A DNA stretch of 64,000 nucleotides, taken from Anthoceros angustus. Taxonomy: Eukaryota > Plantae > Anthocerotophyta. The stretch spans positions 1,054,001-1,118,000 of the forward strand of contig MU008151.1 of assembly GCA_010909165.1 (NCBI GenBank), read 5' to 3'. Position 1 is the first letter of the stretch. Each line of letters begins with the position of its first letter. The notes below the pieces were generated by a model, which searched no databases, was not told where the DNA came from, and saw only the letters and a list, made by a program, of their open reading frames with translations. This document shows positions 24,239 through 36,600 of the stretch, piece after piece. Position numbers and translations under genes: made by a program.

Positions 24239-26199
24239 CAAGGCGCCCTCCGCTTCTTGCCACCCGCTAAGGGGGCAAGGGGCATCGGCGCTGTCTCCGG
24301 TGTCGCGTTGACAAAGCGGCGCCTGCCTTCTTGCCTCGGTTCCCGTGACGAAGTCCGCTTCTACCGGCTACCGCCGTTGTCGTGGCTACCACCGCCGTGA
24401 GTCGGAGCCGCCAACTCAGGTCTGTGGCCGCCTCTTCCTGCGCCGCTCCGGTGGGGGCACCGGAGGAGGGAAGCGGATGTTCTCCCACAATTCCCTGTGG
24501 CGAGGGGTCCGCTCCAGACGATAGAGTCCGGAATCCCTCCCAATCTTCCTCCTCCGGACCTCTTACTCCCGTGACCGATCGGCCCACCTCCACTGCGCTC
24601 TTCCTTCCGGCCTCCCAGAGAGCTGCCACCCCTTTCCTGAGTGCTCGCTCTTCTTCACCCTCCTTCCGGGAGGTTTGCGTGCCTCACACATGAATCAAAA
24701 AACGCGATAACGCGGAGGTGGCTTTTCGCACCTCGCCATGCGGGCTTCACTTGACCCCAAGATTATCTCGCCCCCAGCCCCATCCGGCTTTCCCCTGTGT
24801 AGGTCGTGGAGGAATCATTGTACAGATTATCTCCAAGGTGATCCACCTTGAGGTAGTATGTTCCAAGGTGGGCGATAATCTTCGGCGACCGAACGTACCT
24901 CTTGTCCGTAAGGTGCGAGCATCGCCCATCCGTTTGGAGGACCGCCACGCCTCGGCGGTCGCCAAAGGGCCGCCCCGGCCGCCACCTTCCCCTTCACCTT
25001 CGTGGGTTCCGGGTACCACCTCCTTACTTTCTCCCATATGGCGATTGTAAACCGCCCTCAGGACCTCCACGGTCCACCTCCTAGGGTCCTCCCGCAGGTT
25101 CTTGGATCGGACCTCCTTGTTGGCCGCTGCCAACATCTTCCGGGCGTATTCCGGACTAGGGAGACGCTGTCAAAGGTCCAGACGGCCTGGAAAATGTCCA
25201 GCCACTCTTGACCCCTCCTCCCAGCCTCCTCCCGGCCCACGGCCCTCCAAAGTCCGAGGAGGATAGCGCTTGAGGTCGGCAGTGTTGCGCTCCACCAATG
25301 TTCCTAGCGCAAAACGCCCAGCCGCTTTCTTGGGTCCCATCTTCACACTCTTTGTGTTCATTGAGGCGTGAGGCTCGCAATCTCTCGCCTCGGCCCGTCG
25401 TGCTTCCCTCGCTAAGTCGAACTACGCCTGAAAGGTGCTGGCCCGAAAAAGAAACGCCCGAGAGAGCCGGGTGTCGAGCGCGAGAGAATCTGAAATCGCC
25501 TGTTGTTTGGAAGAATGACCTCTCACCGCTTTCTCCGTGAGTAACCGCCGCCAAGGGCGTGCTCTTTGTTGTCCGAATACGTGGGCCCGCATGGCTTTCA
25601 CTCCTCGACCACGCTGCCGCCACGCCGGGCCTTACTGCCACAGTACTTAGCCTACGCCACTGCAGTCGAGCGTGAATACCACCTAACGCCTAATCGGCAA
25701 CCCTACCTGCCCGCTCACTGCATGCCCCGTTCACCTCTCAGTTCACGTGATACCGGCCTCTGCCTAACTCACGCTCCAACTTCTAAGTTACTTTACTTAG
25801 CGATTTATCCCGTTTTGACCCGGTGGTCCTGACTTATCCCGATACTCCCGGTGCATGTGGGAGGTCCTCCGGGAGTGGGCTCAAGGTCAGGGTTACCTAC
25901 CCCAAGTCCGGAGGCGTCCGGATCACAGGTCGAGTGGGTCAGTACAGGTGGGAGTACAGTCCGATGCAGTCAGAGTGCAATCCGAGTATCTGGTCTGCTT
26001 CTTCCTCCTTTCCACAGCCTTATTTTACACTCCATACCTACGAAAAAAAACAAACCCAAATTTTTATTTCTAAATCCCAAGGAGAGTGGTTTAGCCATGC
26101 GGCCAACTCACCGCCAACCAGCCGCTTGGGTTTTCCCTCGGTGAGTCCTTGGCATGGCTTCGCTAGAGCTTTGTCGGGCGCTGCATAGGCGGGTGGTGT

Positions 26200-27800
26200 G
26201 ACGGTGATCAGGCGCAAAGCTTTGGGGTCGGAATTCTACGGCGGATTTGGTAGCTCGTGGTAGTAGGGGCGTGGCTTTGTGCGGAGGGCGTTTGGGACCA
26301 TCAACCGCGGCGGTGCTTTTCTCGAACGTGAGCGTGTGGTGCTCGTGGATTTGGGAGTTTTGCAGCAGTGCAATAGGGGGTGGTTTGTGCGGAAGGCCTT
26401 TGGGTCCGCCAGCCTGCGGCAAGTCCCGCCTTCCCGGAGCGAGGAGCTGTGCAGCGCCAAAGCGGTGCGCTGGGCGAATCTGACAAGGCAGCCAAAGCAT
26501 TTTGAGGTGAAGGACACCATGTCACTAGCAACGAGTAGGGTGAAGAACAGGTGGCGTGAGCACCGATAATTCCGGCAGTGTCAAGCGCCTGCAACCAAGA
26601 TGGACATGAACGCTTAGGCGCCATCAAGGCTAGGTTGGATAGCCGCAAAGGTGTCGCGGCTCGCAAGGACACGACATTCTCGAAAAATTGTGGGGAGCAT
26701 TGGTGTTGGCACTACGGTGATATGGAATTGTCAACTACGTGTGAATGTGTGTGTCAAGCGCCTGCAAGCAAGATGGACAGAACGCTTAGGCGCCAAATCA
26801 AGGCTAGGTTGGATAGAGCCGCAAAGGTGACTGCCCGCAAGGACACGACATTCTCGAAAAATCTGGGGAGCATTGGTGTTGGCACTACGGTGATATGGAA
26901 TTGTCAACTACAGTGTGAATGTGTGAACTACGTTGGACTAAAGGAGGCTATTGGAGGTGAAGATGAGATCAAGAGGCATTTTGGGGATGTCACTAATGGA
27001 ACGATGGATACCTCTTGGGGATCACACTCACTTCGACATAGAGTGGACGATGTTGATAGTCTTGTTGAGAAGTCAGATGGGCGGCTCCACGGTGCAGATA
27101 AAGGGTGCCACTGTGGCACTTGGGTTCCTAATCGAGAAGAAGCTTGGCAAGCGTGTGAATTGGTTTGAGTACTATTTAGCTGAGAAGAGGAAGGTGGATA
27201 AGGCGATGCGATGGAGAAGAAATCAGTGGAAGTCCCATCTCGAGAATACAACGATTCTTCACAACTGTTGTGGTGGCGGTGATGATGCAGAGCGGAGGTT
27301 GATGTGGAAGAGTGTTCCACTCTGTCAAAGTGAGCCGAGAAACCAGACGATCCTCCCAAAGAATCTGGAGCTCTCCAGAGTTGGGAAGAGGGAAGCACAG
27401 AAGGCCATGAAGAAGGACAGACCTCCGGCTGCAAAGAATGTAGAAGAGGATGCCGGCAAGATGGGAGACGAGCAGTCTCCAATCTGTTGCGCAGCGGCGA
27501 GAAAAGTGATCAAGGCCAAAGCACGTGTACTGAGCCATGGGCACCAAAGGTTGTCATGGATGATGGATTTGGGCAACACCAAGGTCCAGCTTGCCGACAT
27601 GGTCATGAACAGTGGAGGGCTTGACGACGAGTATTCAGAGACTGACAAGATTCAAATTCGTGCTTGACAAAACTAAATATTCCGAGGGTGTTTACCGCTT
27701 GAAGGAGAAAAACGTGAGGAACAAGCTCCGGACACCGGCTTCTCTTGAAAACATGAGGATGTTCTCCAGGCTCAACAGCGTAACATGGATCACTGCGGTG
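26200..27800 (+). pseudogene. Possible decayed gag-protease region of a Gypsy element
   Basis: VRWANL...KHF is gag-like and KVQLADM is protease-region-like; very degraded. Confidence 0.3.
26578..26924. repeat. ~173-bp tandem duplication
   Basis: GTGTCAAGCGCCTGCAA...GGACACGACATTCTCGAAAAAT...GTGAATGTGT occurs at 26578-26750 and 26751-26924. Confidence 0.9.
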
Positions 27801-28279
27801 TCGGCTCGCCTCCCGCCAAGTCATGCCCCGTCAGAACGGCGTAGTGTTTGTACGTAAGTGTGGATTCTTCTTGCACACGGACGAGGTGTCCGTGACCGAT
27901 GTTTTCCTTATGGTGATGTGCGCATGTGGTGGGGTGGACTGGGTGCTCCCGTGACGCTCACGGATGGTGAGGTGGTGGTAGGGGTGCTCAAGGGGTGGTG
28001 ACTCATGTGTTCTCTGGTGGAAGGGTGGGTGATCACTTGACGGGATGGTGAGGAATTGGTCGTGTTCATCCCTGGGTGTCCCGTGAGCTTTTGGTGGCCT
28101 TGGTGATGTAGTGCATGGCTTGTGTGTTATGGCCTCGATCGTAGGGGTAGGTCGGTGGTGTGGTGGCATTCGTGATGTAGTGGTAGGTTGGTGGGCGTGG
28201 TGGCTTGATGTCATGGTTTCGTGGATGGGTTGCCGGACTTGGTGATGTAGTGGTGGGTGGCGGAGAGGTGGCCTTGGCA

Positions 28280-31240
28280 CCACCTAGTCATGTGGTGCCA
28301 AGGCCAAGGTGATCCCTTTCTCACGCAACCGTGGTTTTCCTTCAAAGCGCAAGCCGTGTGTCCTAAAGTGTAATGTGTGTCGGCGTGTGGTACGCCTGAA
28401 CGAGATGGTGTTCACTCCATGTGGCCATTGCTTCCACGATATCTCTGTATCGTGCACTTGACAAACATTGTTGCCGCCCACGTGTGGTGCAATGCCGATG
28501 TGCCCGCATCATGGTTGAGAGCGAAGGGTTACTGATCAAAGCACGAGGAGAAGCTCCTTCCATGGGAACAGGACCGAGACACTTGGGAGAAAGAGTTCCT
28601 CGAGTGCATTGGAGACCCGACCATGACACAACGATGGAAAGACATTGAGTCACAATCACCGAAGAATTGGTTGGCCACCCCAGAAGAAAAAATCTTGAGT
28701 CTCCAATATGTATGTTCCATGCCTCCAGGTGTTGTTGTCTTGTCCATTTTCATTGCTAAGTCTCTCGACTAAATTTTGTCATTATCCAGGTGCAATTATG
28801 CCAACTGACGCCGATGTCAACATATTCTCGCACCGTGTAGCTGATGAATTTGCTTGCAAGGCCAAGGGAGGCACATGAAGCCTACGTGAATTCCTTCGCA
28901 GACCCCAATGCCCGGAGGAAAAGCCTCGTGTTGTTCGCGCATGTTTGGGCATGATTACTCGTGCAGGTGCTAGACTCACAAATTGAAGATGACGTTGTCC
29001 CCATGAAGCAGTACCACACGAGCCCTCCGTTCATGGACATAGCTCCTACTCCACCAAGGCCAGACACAAGGTCCTCAGGGTTGAAGTTGGTGAGGAATGC
29101 ACGGCAAGTTGGCATGTGCGTGTTCCTCCCAAAGGACATCGTGTGGGTTTGTGAGGGCATTGCTTTGTTGAAACTAGATATTGTTGTCTACACTTTGAGT
29201 ACATGTTTGTCCGCTATGCAGATGACCAGCCACAAGACAAGCTACAACGGTGCGCCTCGCCTCGTTGGTCACGGTGTATTGTGCGCTCTTATTGCGATGC
29301 ATAACGGTGCCTTCCCACCGGTATTCGTGGAGGTGTGGATGTAGGTGATGAAATGGTTGTGGTGTCCGAGTCTTGTGAATCAAGTGATAACTTGGAGGTG
29401 GCGCAATTGAATGTGTTGATAAATGTGACGAATCGCGAGGAGTCGTGGTGTTCTACCGTGACCAATATCTTGGATCATGTGGCAAGTGACGGTTCGGACC
29501 AAGTGTCCATTTGGCATTGACGACAACGGTGATGTCCAACCGCTTGGTAGCTGTGGTGGTGGAGATCCGTATGAGGGTGGCGCATGGATACCGTGATGAT
29601 TGGTGCCAATCAAGTTATAGCGATAGGGTTGTTGCGGATGACGCCTCAATCAGCGAACATCAAAAACTTTTGGAGCATCCTCATGTGGAGGCGGTGGCAT
29701 CGATCCGAACATACTTGCAACTGTGAATCAATGTCCGTGCTCTTCACCGCTTGGTCGACGGACGGTGTTCTTGCAAGTGGTGGTGGGCCCATCATGCCCA
29801 ATGAAGAAGGTGGGCCTGCGAATGAAATGGTGACTTTTGAAATGGTTGACGAGTTCGCAGCACCGTGGCGAATCGAAAAACCAATGAAGGAAAGGAGAGC
29901 AAGATGCATGCGGAGTCCCAGGAGACGCCACCTCCTGGCCAAGTTCGTAAGCCGAGGGAAAAGGAAGAATGGGAAACAGCCCCAAAAGAAACATCCGTGG
30001 GAAGCACAAGGGTGCTCAATGGTCAGTAGAGAATGTGGATGAAGTGGCCCACCCATGCCTCAAGGTCTTATGATGTGCGGACACTGCGTGTAGTAACTTT
30101 ATGGTGCCGGCTCCCAAGGGAAATGTAGAGCATGTGGAGTTCTATGTGCTACGGTATCGACGCTCCGCCATTTAGCCAAGCCGCTTGACAAAGCATGGCA
30201 AAGCGGCAAGGTGTTTCCTATTGGCGAGGGTGATCATGGCTTATTATTAAGGGGAGCCAAATTTAGGGGTGTACCCCTCCTTAACTCGTGTCCGTGGTCA
30301 CCCCACGCAATAGAGGAGGACATGGTTTTGGCAACAAACTTCAGATGATCGCCATCCCAAGGCTACCCAAGACATCTGTATTGGCCGAGCCCCACAATCG
30401 CCAAATATCCGACTGGGTGGCTAAGAGGGAGCATGACGAGGGAGGACTCACCCAAGTGATTGTCTTGGCGGTATGGTCGACTGTCTGCGTGGTTTTGAGT
30501 TTCTAGGCACCCATGCCTAAATGTAGGGTTGTTAAGGAGGGCTTTTTTTTTGGTTGATCCACATACAATGGTCAGATAAACTTGCCGACATGAGGCAACA
30601 AGATTTACCTCGCACTTGACATTAACGAAACATGCCTTCAACCCGCCTTGCATTAGCACATGCCACACAACATCCTTTCCAACTCGAGTTCACATGAGGG
30701 ATCGTTACGACTTGGGTAACAACTACATCCAAGCACGCCTAAAAGGGCTTCGCACAACAACATGCACGCCATGTCCAGCTATCCAAAGAATGTGGAAGAC
30801 GGCCCCAATCACAAGACCGTAGCTAACAAAGATGCTTCCATTGCGTAGTGGCAAACCGCCATCAAGAGTCGCCACTTTCCACGCCATCCTTGATTCATTG
30901 TCTATAACACGCCCATGTCACAATCATCCTCAACAACACGGCCGACATCCCTTCCGCGAATTGCCGAGCGACTTGAGGTCTTCCCCATATGGCATCCACG
31001 CCCCTCTTCAAGCCCGAACACCGCCAGCCACCGCCGCCGGGCGATCTTGGAACTCACGCGGCCAAAACCTTCGCTTCCATCAAGCTCCTTGCGGCTGCCC
31101 ATGGCTTCTCCCATCAAGGCGGAACCGGAGGAGCTGCGGTGTGTGGGTTCGACAAATCACAAGACCCAAGTTAGAGCACATGGCGGCCATTGCATTCTCC
31201 TGTAGCCTGGAAAGAAGTGACTGACCCGCCAGGCCGCCAA
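28280..31240 (-). mobile_element. pol: Highly decayed Ty3/Gypsy gag-pol (PR-RT-RH-INT order)
   Basis: In order on the minus strand: VLMQGGLKACFV (protease-like), SSLGMMG...VDQAVK...LQKFL (RT C-terminus), LLAIRH...QVITDSQ (RNase H), TVREYV / VANQFF (integrase). A PBS-like TGGCGG lies near 31239. Confidence 0.55.
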
Positions 31241-31649
31241 TTTAAAGCCTGACTATGTGCCACCAAGGACAAGGCCTGTGGACACCACGCCGGGGTCAAT
31301 TAAAGTGGCTTCAACGCGTGGCGGATAATCATGTGTCCCGGAGACCAGGAACTCAACTTTTAATGCAAATGCCCTTGTAAGCAAATTCCACGGGAATAAG
31401 TGTCTTGCATGAATGCAACTGGCATATGCTATGTGCATCCTGCTTTGTACTTCAGGACCCCTAAAGAAGCCATGTATCAACGTGTTAACATGGACAAGAC
31501 CCATTTGCAAAATAACTTTCTGGTGAACCTGGGCGCCACCTGGTTAGTGACAACCTGGTTAGTGAGCAAATAGTTAGTGACCAGCTGTTTGGTGGTCGCG
31601 TGGTTATGTTTGCCAAACGTGGGCCTCGACAATAGAGGGAGACCAATCA

Positions 31650-32335
31650 TTACGCACATGTGCTTTCTAGCACAAGGCTCGAGTTGCTTTCTCTTACCAA
31701 GGTGGTCACTCCGTCGAGCTTCCTCTAAAGAATAGCACTCCACACCTTCACTATGTACACCAATTCAATCTTGCAACTTAGGACACGGCATGAAGGGTGC
31801 ACATTCTCTTCTCTGACACAGTGTACGCCGCTGCCGTGGAGTGTGTAATCGCCACGAGACAACCACTTCTCCCACTTAATGTTGAGTTGCTCCAAGGGCA
31901 CCACTTGTTACACAAGAGGGTTTGTTTCAACCGTGTGCAACGCACAAGGTAAAACAATTGCCCCTCGCCTTCGATGTCGGCACAACAAACGATCACCAAC
32001 TTCTAGGAGGTCGGCCATGTCCGACACATCCTCCATAGCATCATCGTCAAGGCCATCAACGTAGTTTCCAAAGCCCTTGTTCCTCCCGAGTAGCAAACCG
32101 CGAAGGTATCCAGACTCAAAGATCCCGGCCTCTTCTCCGAGTACGGCCTTCCGTGGTTGTCCATGTGGCCTAATGGATACGAGTCTCCAGATCCTCGCAT
32201 GGGCGACCACAATAGAGAATGCCGATCAAGACAACAAGACGTATATGCCAACATGCGATTTTCGCTTGAGTTGGGTCCAGAAAAACCATATATGCTATGC
32301 ATTTTTTTCGACCCAGGTATTGGGTCACAATTAAA
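31650..32335 (-). pseudogene. Sola-like transposase copy 2, C-terminal part
   Basis: FNCDPIPGSKKMHSIYGF...CCLD...AHARIWRLVSI...DMADLLEVGD...FYLVRCT; joins in frame to 37674-38194 when 32336-37673 is removed. Confidence 0.7.
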
Positions 32336-32340
32336 CGTAA

Positions 32341-32368
32341 CGTCGCGGCCTCGTCTGGGGCCTCGACG
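32341..32368 (-). other. GC-rich 3' subterminal hairpin of the HLE2-like element
   Basis: CGTCG-C-GGCC-TC-GTCT-GG-GGCC-T-CGACG: CGTCG/CGACG and GGCC/GGCC pair, with a 4-nt loop. Confidence 0.75.
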
Positions 32369-34521
32369 CGCCCGCTTGATTTTTTTTTAGGGAGCAGCAG
32401 GTAGATTCTAGAGAGAGAATTGACCAAAGGTAATTATTTTTTACTGAATAAAGTAAAATTTATTACAATAGGGTAGAAAACATGCCATGTAAGGTAAATA
32501 TAATTCACCATCAATGTTGAAACCAGGGTAGTAAGGTAAAAAATGGGCCACTAAGTGAAAACCATGTAGATCTAAAGAAGCTCATAATAGAAATCCCACC
32601 AACATCAAGTAACCGGCAAAGAAACATTTCCAAATAATATTCATGCGGATCCGGGATATACAAATAACCAAAAAAGAAACTGTTCTTTGCAAAGTTTTTA
32701 GAATGGGATGAAATACAAATTAAAATAATGAAAAGTAACACGTAATAGATTGGTCCCGGACATCGGATCGAAAAGAACAAGCAGAATTATTGATAAAAAA
32801 GTTGATCGCTCAAATTGATTAGACAACTCAAGTTATGGCACGTACGAACTGGTTGATGGGGTATCTTAGCCTAAAGGCACAAAGAAAAATCCAAGGAACA
32901 TCATACAGTTGAACTAATGCACACAAAAAAACAAAGAGTGAAACAGTAACTCTAGAGAGCCATACCATAGACAAACAACAACAACAGAACACACGGACAT
33001 CACAAATGACAGGACAGATAAATAAAAGATATTTCACACTGAACTTTACAACCAGTGAACAAGACCCTTAACAAAAGAAATTTTGAACCTTCAAACACTG
33101 CAAAAAACATTCCAGACCAATAACAGATTGGAGTCCACTAACACAACTCACATCCTACTTGTTGCTCAAGACGCTTAAGGTCCAAAACTTATCAATTTGA
33201 ACTTGTAGACAAACACCAAACGGATCACAAATGATTAAACATGCAAACCGTAGTATAGAATCACGCATGACAACGGGTCAGCAAGATCCACACGTACACT
33301 CAACATGATTATCAAAGACCAAGAAGAAATTGGAAACATAGACACCTAAACTGTAGCATGCAAAAAGGACTTGAAAGAAAACACACACAACGGACAAGGG
33401 GAGCCACACATACACAAACCAAACAAGTTTATGATACCTGACATCAGTAATAAGCGTAAAGAAATTGACCTCCAATGGTCCAGGATGTAACAGTTTTAGT
33501 CTCCGGCCTGCAACCATACAAGGTATAAGCGAAAGGTTCATAATACAAGCACATGGGATGACAACGCAAGAGAGCAAAAAGGTAGCTCTACAACTAAATC
33601 ACAATACGCAATGTAAAAATGCAATGGATCGACAAACCAAACTTTCAATGTCAAGACGAGAAGAACGACATAAGATACATTTGCCAAACTTGCCAGGCTG
33701 AAATGGACTTTAATACTACACTTGAAACAATAGAGAAGCTGTAAGCAAAAAGCAACATACAACTAGCAACAAAGATTTCAAAGATGTACAAAGTCCCAAG
33801 ACTCTGCAAAACACAAAGCTTAAGAGATAAACAAAGAATCGAAGCAAAACATATCCATCAAAGGAAAACTCGAACCAAAGCAGTCTCGTAAAATAGAGAA
33901 CACTTTTGAGATAGAAGCGAAGCACACTTGGAGAACAGCAACATAGGAAAACACTATGAGCTTTCAAGACAGCCAAATACAAGAAAAGAGAGGAAACTCA
34001 AAACACCAGAAACCAACCACGCATCAATAGTGAAGGTCGACAAGCATATTGAAAGCACATGAAAACAAACAAGCTATGGGCTCGGGGTCGGCATTGCGCT
34101 AGAAGCGGCGGCCTTTAAGTGCTAGGGAAAAATTGCTTTCAAGTCCACCACAGACGAAGAGTAAACAATTGCGTGCAGGACCTTACGCGTAAATAACAAA
34201 GAAAGACAAGGCCTGCGAGTGCAGAGCAAAATAAAGAGAAAGACCTCGAAAAGAGCACACATATATGGTAAGAACAAGGAAAAGAGCAAAACACCAAAAG
34301 TTCACAAACACAAGCGGCACAAGCTAGATCGGGAGGACCAGACGCACAAAACCAGCCTCAAGCTCAAGCGCCCTAAACACAAATGATCGCCTGAGCACAA
34401 ATGATCGCCTGACCCACGGAGTAAGACAGAAACCTCAAAGCGACAACGAACGCAAGAGAACCTCGCACAACCAGAGCAGAAGCCGATAAGGGAAAAAGAC
34501 GTTGTAAGTAGAAGAGAGGGC

Positions 34522-34800
34522 TTTTATAGCCTATGAAACCCTAACCTCTCTCACTGTCGGCGCCGACAACCTCTCTCTACCAGACTCACTTCAAATTTAC
34601 CAAACCTACGGTCCGAGGCCAATTTCTGAACCTACCTGCCATCGGGATTGGTGAGTGCCGGCCGCCGCCAAACCCAACCCTAATTTGAATTCACCTAACC
34701 TAAATACCGAACCACCAACAGCTGGAGCGTGAGCCAAAGCGGGCAACCAATAACAGATTGACACGCAGGCAAATCGCTGGAAGCCTCTCGAATAGTCTAC
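34522..34800. promoter_or_regulatory. Second copy of the internal promoter block
   Basis: TTTTATAG 34522-34529 (CTATAAAA on minus), AAACCCTAA 34536-34544, CTCTCTCTACCA...AAACCTAC as at 2516-2790. Confidence 0.5.
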
Positions 34801-35194
34801 CTTCTCTTACTTAAGTCCTCTCCTCAGCTGTAGCTCCTTTCCCAAGTGACTCTGCTTCGCGCTCACATCGCCCACCTGCAGCCGGTCAGCGATCGCCATG
34901 GTTTTGGTTTTGTGGGGTGTTGCTCGTTAGGGGTTGGTGGAACAGATGCTTGGCACCCTAGTTCCCTTGTGCTCCTCGAACGCTACCTCCGGGACGTAAA
35001 CCACCGGTAAGTAGTTTGTCTTCACTTCATTTCATGCCGCTAAGGTCTTCGAGTGCAAGCAATTACAATCAGCCGGCTTGGTATGTTAGAGCTCACGAAT
35101 CAAGATTTGGTCCTTTTCTGGTGGGTCTTGCATCGAATCGTACTGTGTTTCTTACGCTACATACTCATCCATCCGATGTCTCTGGCGCTTTACA

Positions 35195-35580
35195 GTCGTG
35201 AAGAGACGCTCAAGGCACCCCACCATTTTGAACTGGCGTAAGTTTCTTGCTCCCTTGTTGGCCTCTGCTTTCACGTTGGTCGTGCTGGTTTAGGCTTCTC
35301 TTGTAGTTTGGCGTCCTCTCTGTCCTCAGTTTTAAACGTCTGCAGTCTAGGCTGGAATGAAAAAGGGTCTTCTTCCATCGTACTGTCCCTGTCAACATTT
35401 GTACGTTTTCAGACTCATCTTGACTGATGTTATCGCTTACGCAGATTTTGCGAAGAGACGCTAGAAAGCACCCCACCTACGCGTAAGTTGCTTGCTTGTA
35501 AGTTTCTTTCTTGCTCTTGTTGGCCTGATCTTCCTACGTTCGTGGTGCTGGTTAAGGCTTGCTTGTAGTGTGGCGTTTAG
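35195..35580 (+). repeat. ~250-bp duplicated exon-end/intron unit
   Basis: GAAGAGACGCT..GCACCCC...GTAAGTTTC...TTGGCCT...GTGCTGGTT..GGCTT...TTGTAGT occurs twice. Confidence 0.65.
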
Positions 35581-35649
35581 GCTTGTTGTAGTGTGGCTTC
35601 TACAATCTTGATGATTAGAAAAGAAACCTATGACCAGATCCGCTTTCCG

Positions 35650-36600
35650 GAAAATAGTAGCCTGTGGTGTAGAGGGGATCCAGTGAGATGTTGCGCTACC
35701 GCGATTGCCAAGCCGAAATCGCACTAGCCGGCAGGAGCGGATTACCTCCACAGGCGTTCGGCGAGGTCCACAAATTTGATGGCACTCAAATCGCCAAGGA
35801 CGCCAAGACGCTCAAATGTTGTTGAGCTTAAGTCCGTAACTTGAAGGCCCCGAGATGCGTAATCGAGTAAGAGATTGTTCACACCGACGAACGAAATTGA
35901 TTGTTTGGTTCGTGCAAATGGAAGAGGAGAAGTGGGTCCGGAGGAGATGGGTACCGTGAAGGAGGTGATGGCGCAGGAATCGCCAGCCGTAAAGTTCCGC
36001 CACATCAGACCAGCCGAGTGTGCGAAGTGAAGTTCACGCCGCTAGGCGTGACGGACCAAGCTTGTTGTTTTCAAGACGAGCTCGCAGCCGCCTGTGGCAA
36101 TCAAGTCGTGATGGCTCGCCGATTGTTGTTTCAGCGAGCCTCTCGCAAGAACGGGCGTGAAAAGAGAAGGTGGATAGCGCCGCTAAGCGATTGTTGGACA
36201 AATCGGCGTAGTTGAGTTCACTTCTGCGTAATCGAGCATGGCCCCGTGAGTTTGTTGTCGCTCGTAATGATAAAGTTTGTGGATCGCCACGATGTCGAGG
36301 AATGGGACCGCCGAGCTGGTTGTGTTGAGTCCGTGGAGAATCGCCTCGAGCCGATCGGGATGGGGCCTGTGAACCGATTCGATGCAGTCAAGGTAGTAGA
36401 GCAGAGGGATTTGCGAAACTTTGGGAATCGTCGCCAATGCATTCACCGAGGTTGATGTAGCCAAGACCGGGCCGCCCGATTGCGGTGCACCGGGTGAGGT
36501 GGTTGTCGGTATGTCAATGAATTGGGTGTTGTAGATCCGGAACACCCATGCACGGACCGCGACATGGGAGTATGTATGTCTTGATGAAGCCATGCCCTTC
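35650..36600 (-). pseudogene. Plant extracellular LRR (RLK/RLP/PGIP-type) gene fragment
   Basis: Frameshifted LxxLDLSxNxLxGxIP repeats: YLDC..NRFTGPIP, NQLGGPIP, SDNKLTGP, LNYADLSNNRL.GAI, LQVTDLSS, IKFVDLA. CTATATAA on minus near 36675. Confidence 0.75.

Larger units (their letters stand above)
17040..26110 (-). mobile_element. GC-rich retroelement segment (family E, copy 1) with a decayed extra ORF; interrupted by 21498-24238
   Basis: Collinear with 42370-50580, e.g. GGGTCCGC.ACCGTGACCTTGA...ATCAACACCAAGAGA, the KVDHLGDN peptide and the FAYY.AE peptide. The A/E/R-rich coiled-coil-like reading frame is broken by frameshifts. Confidence 0.6.
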
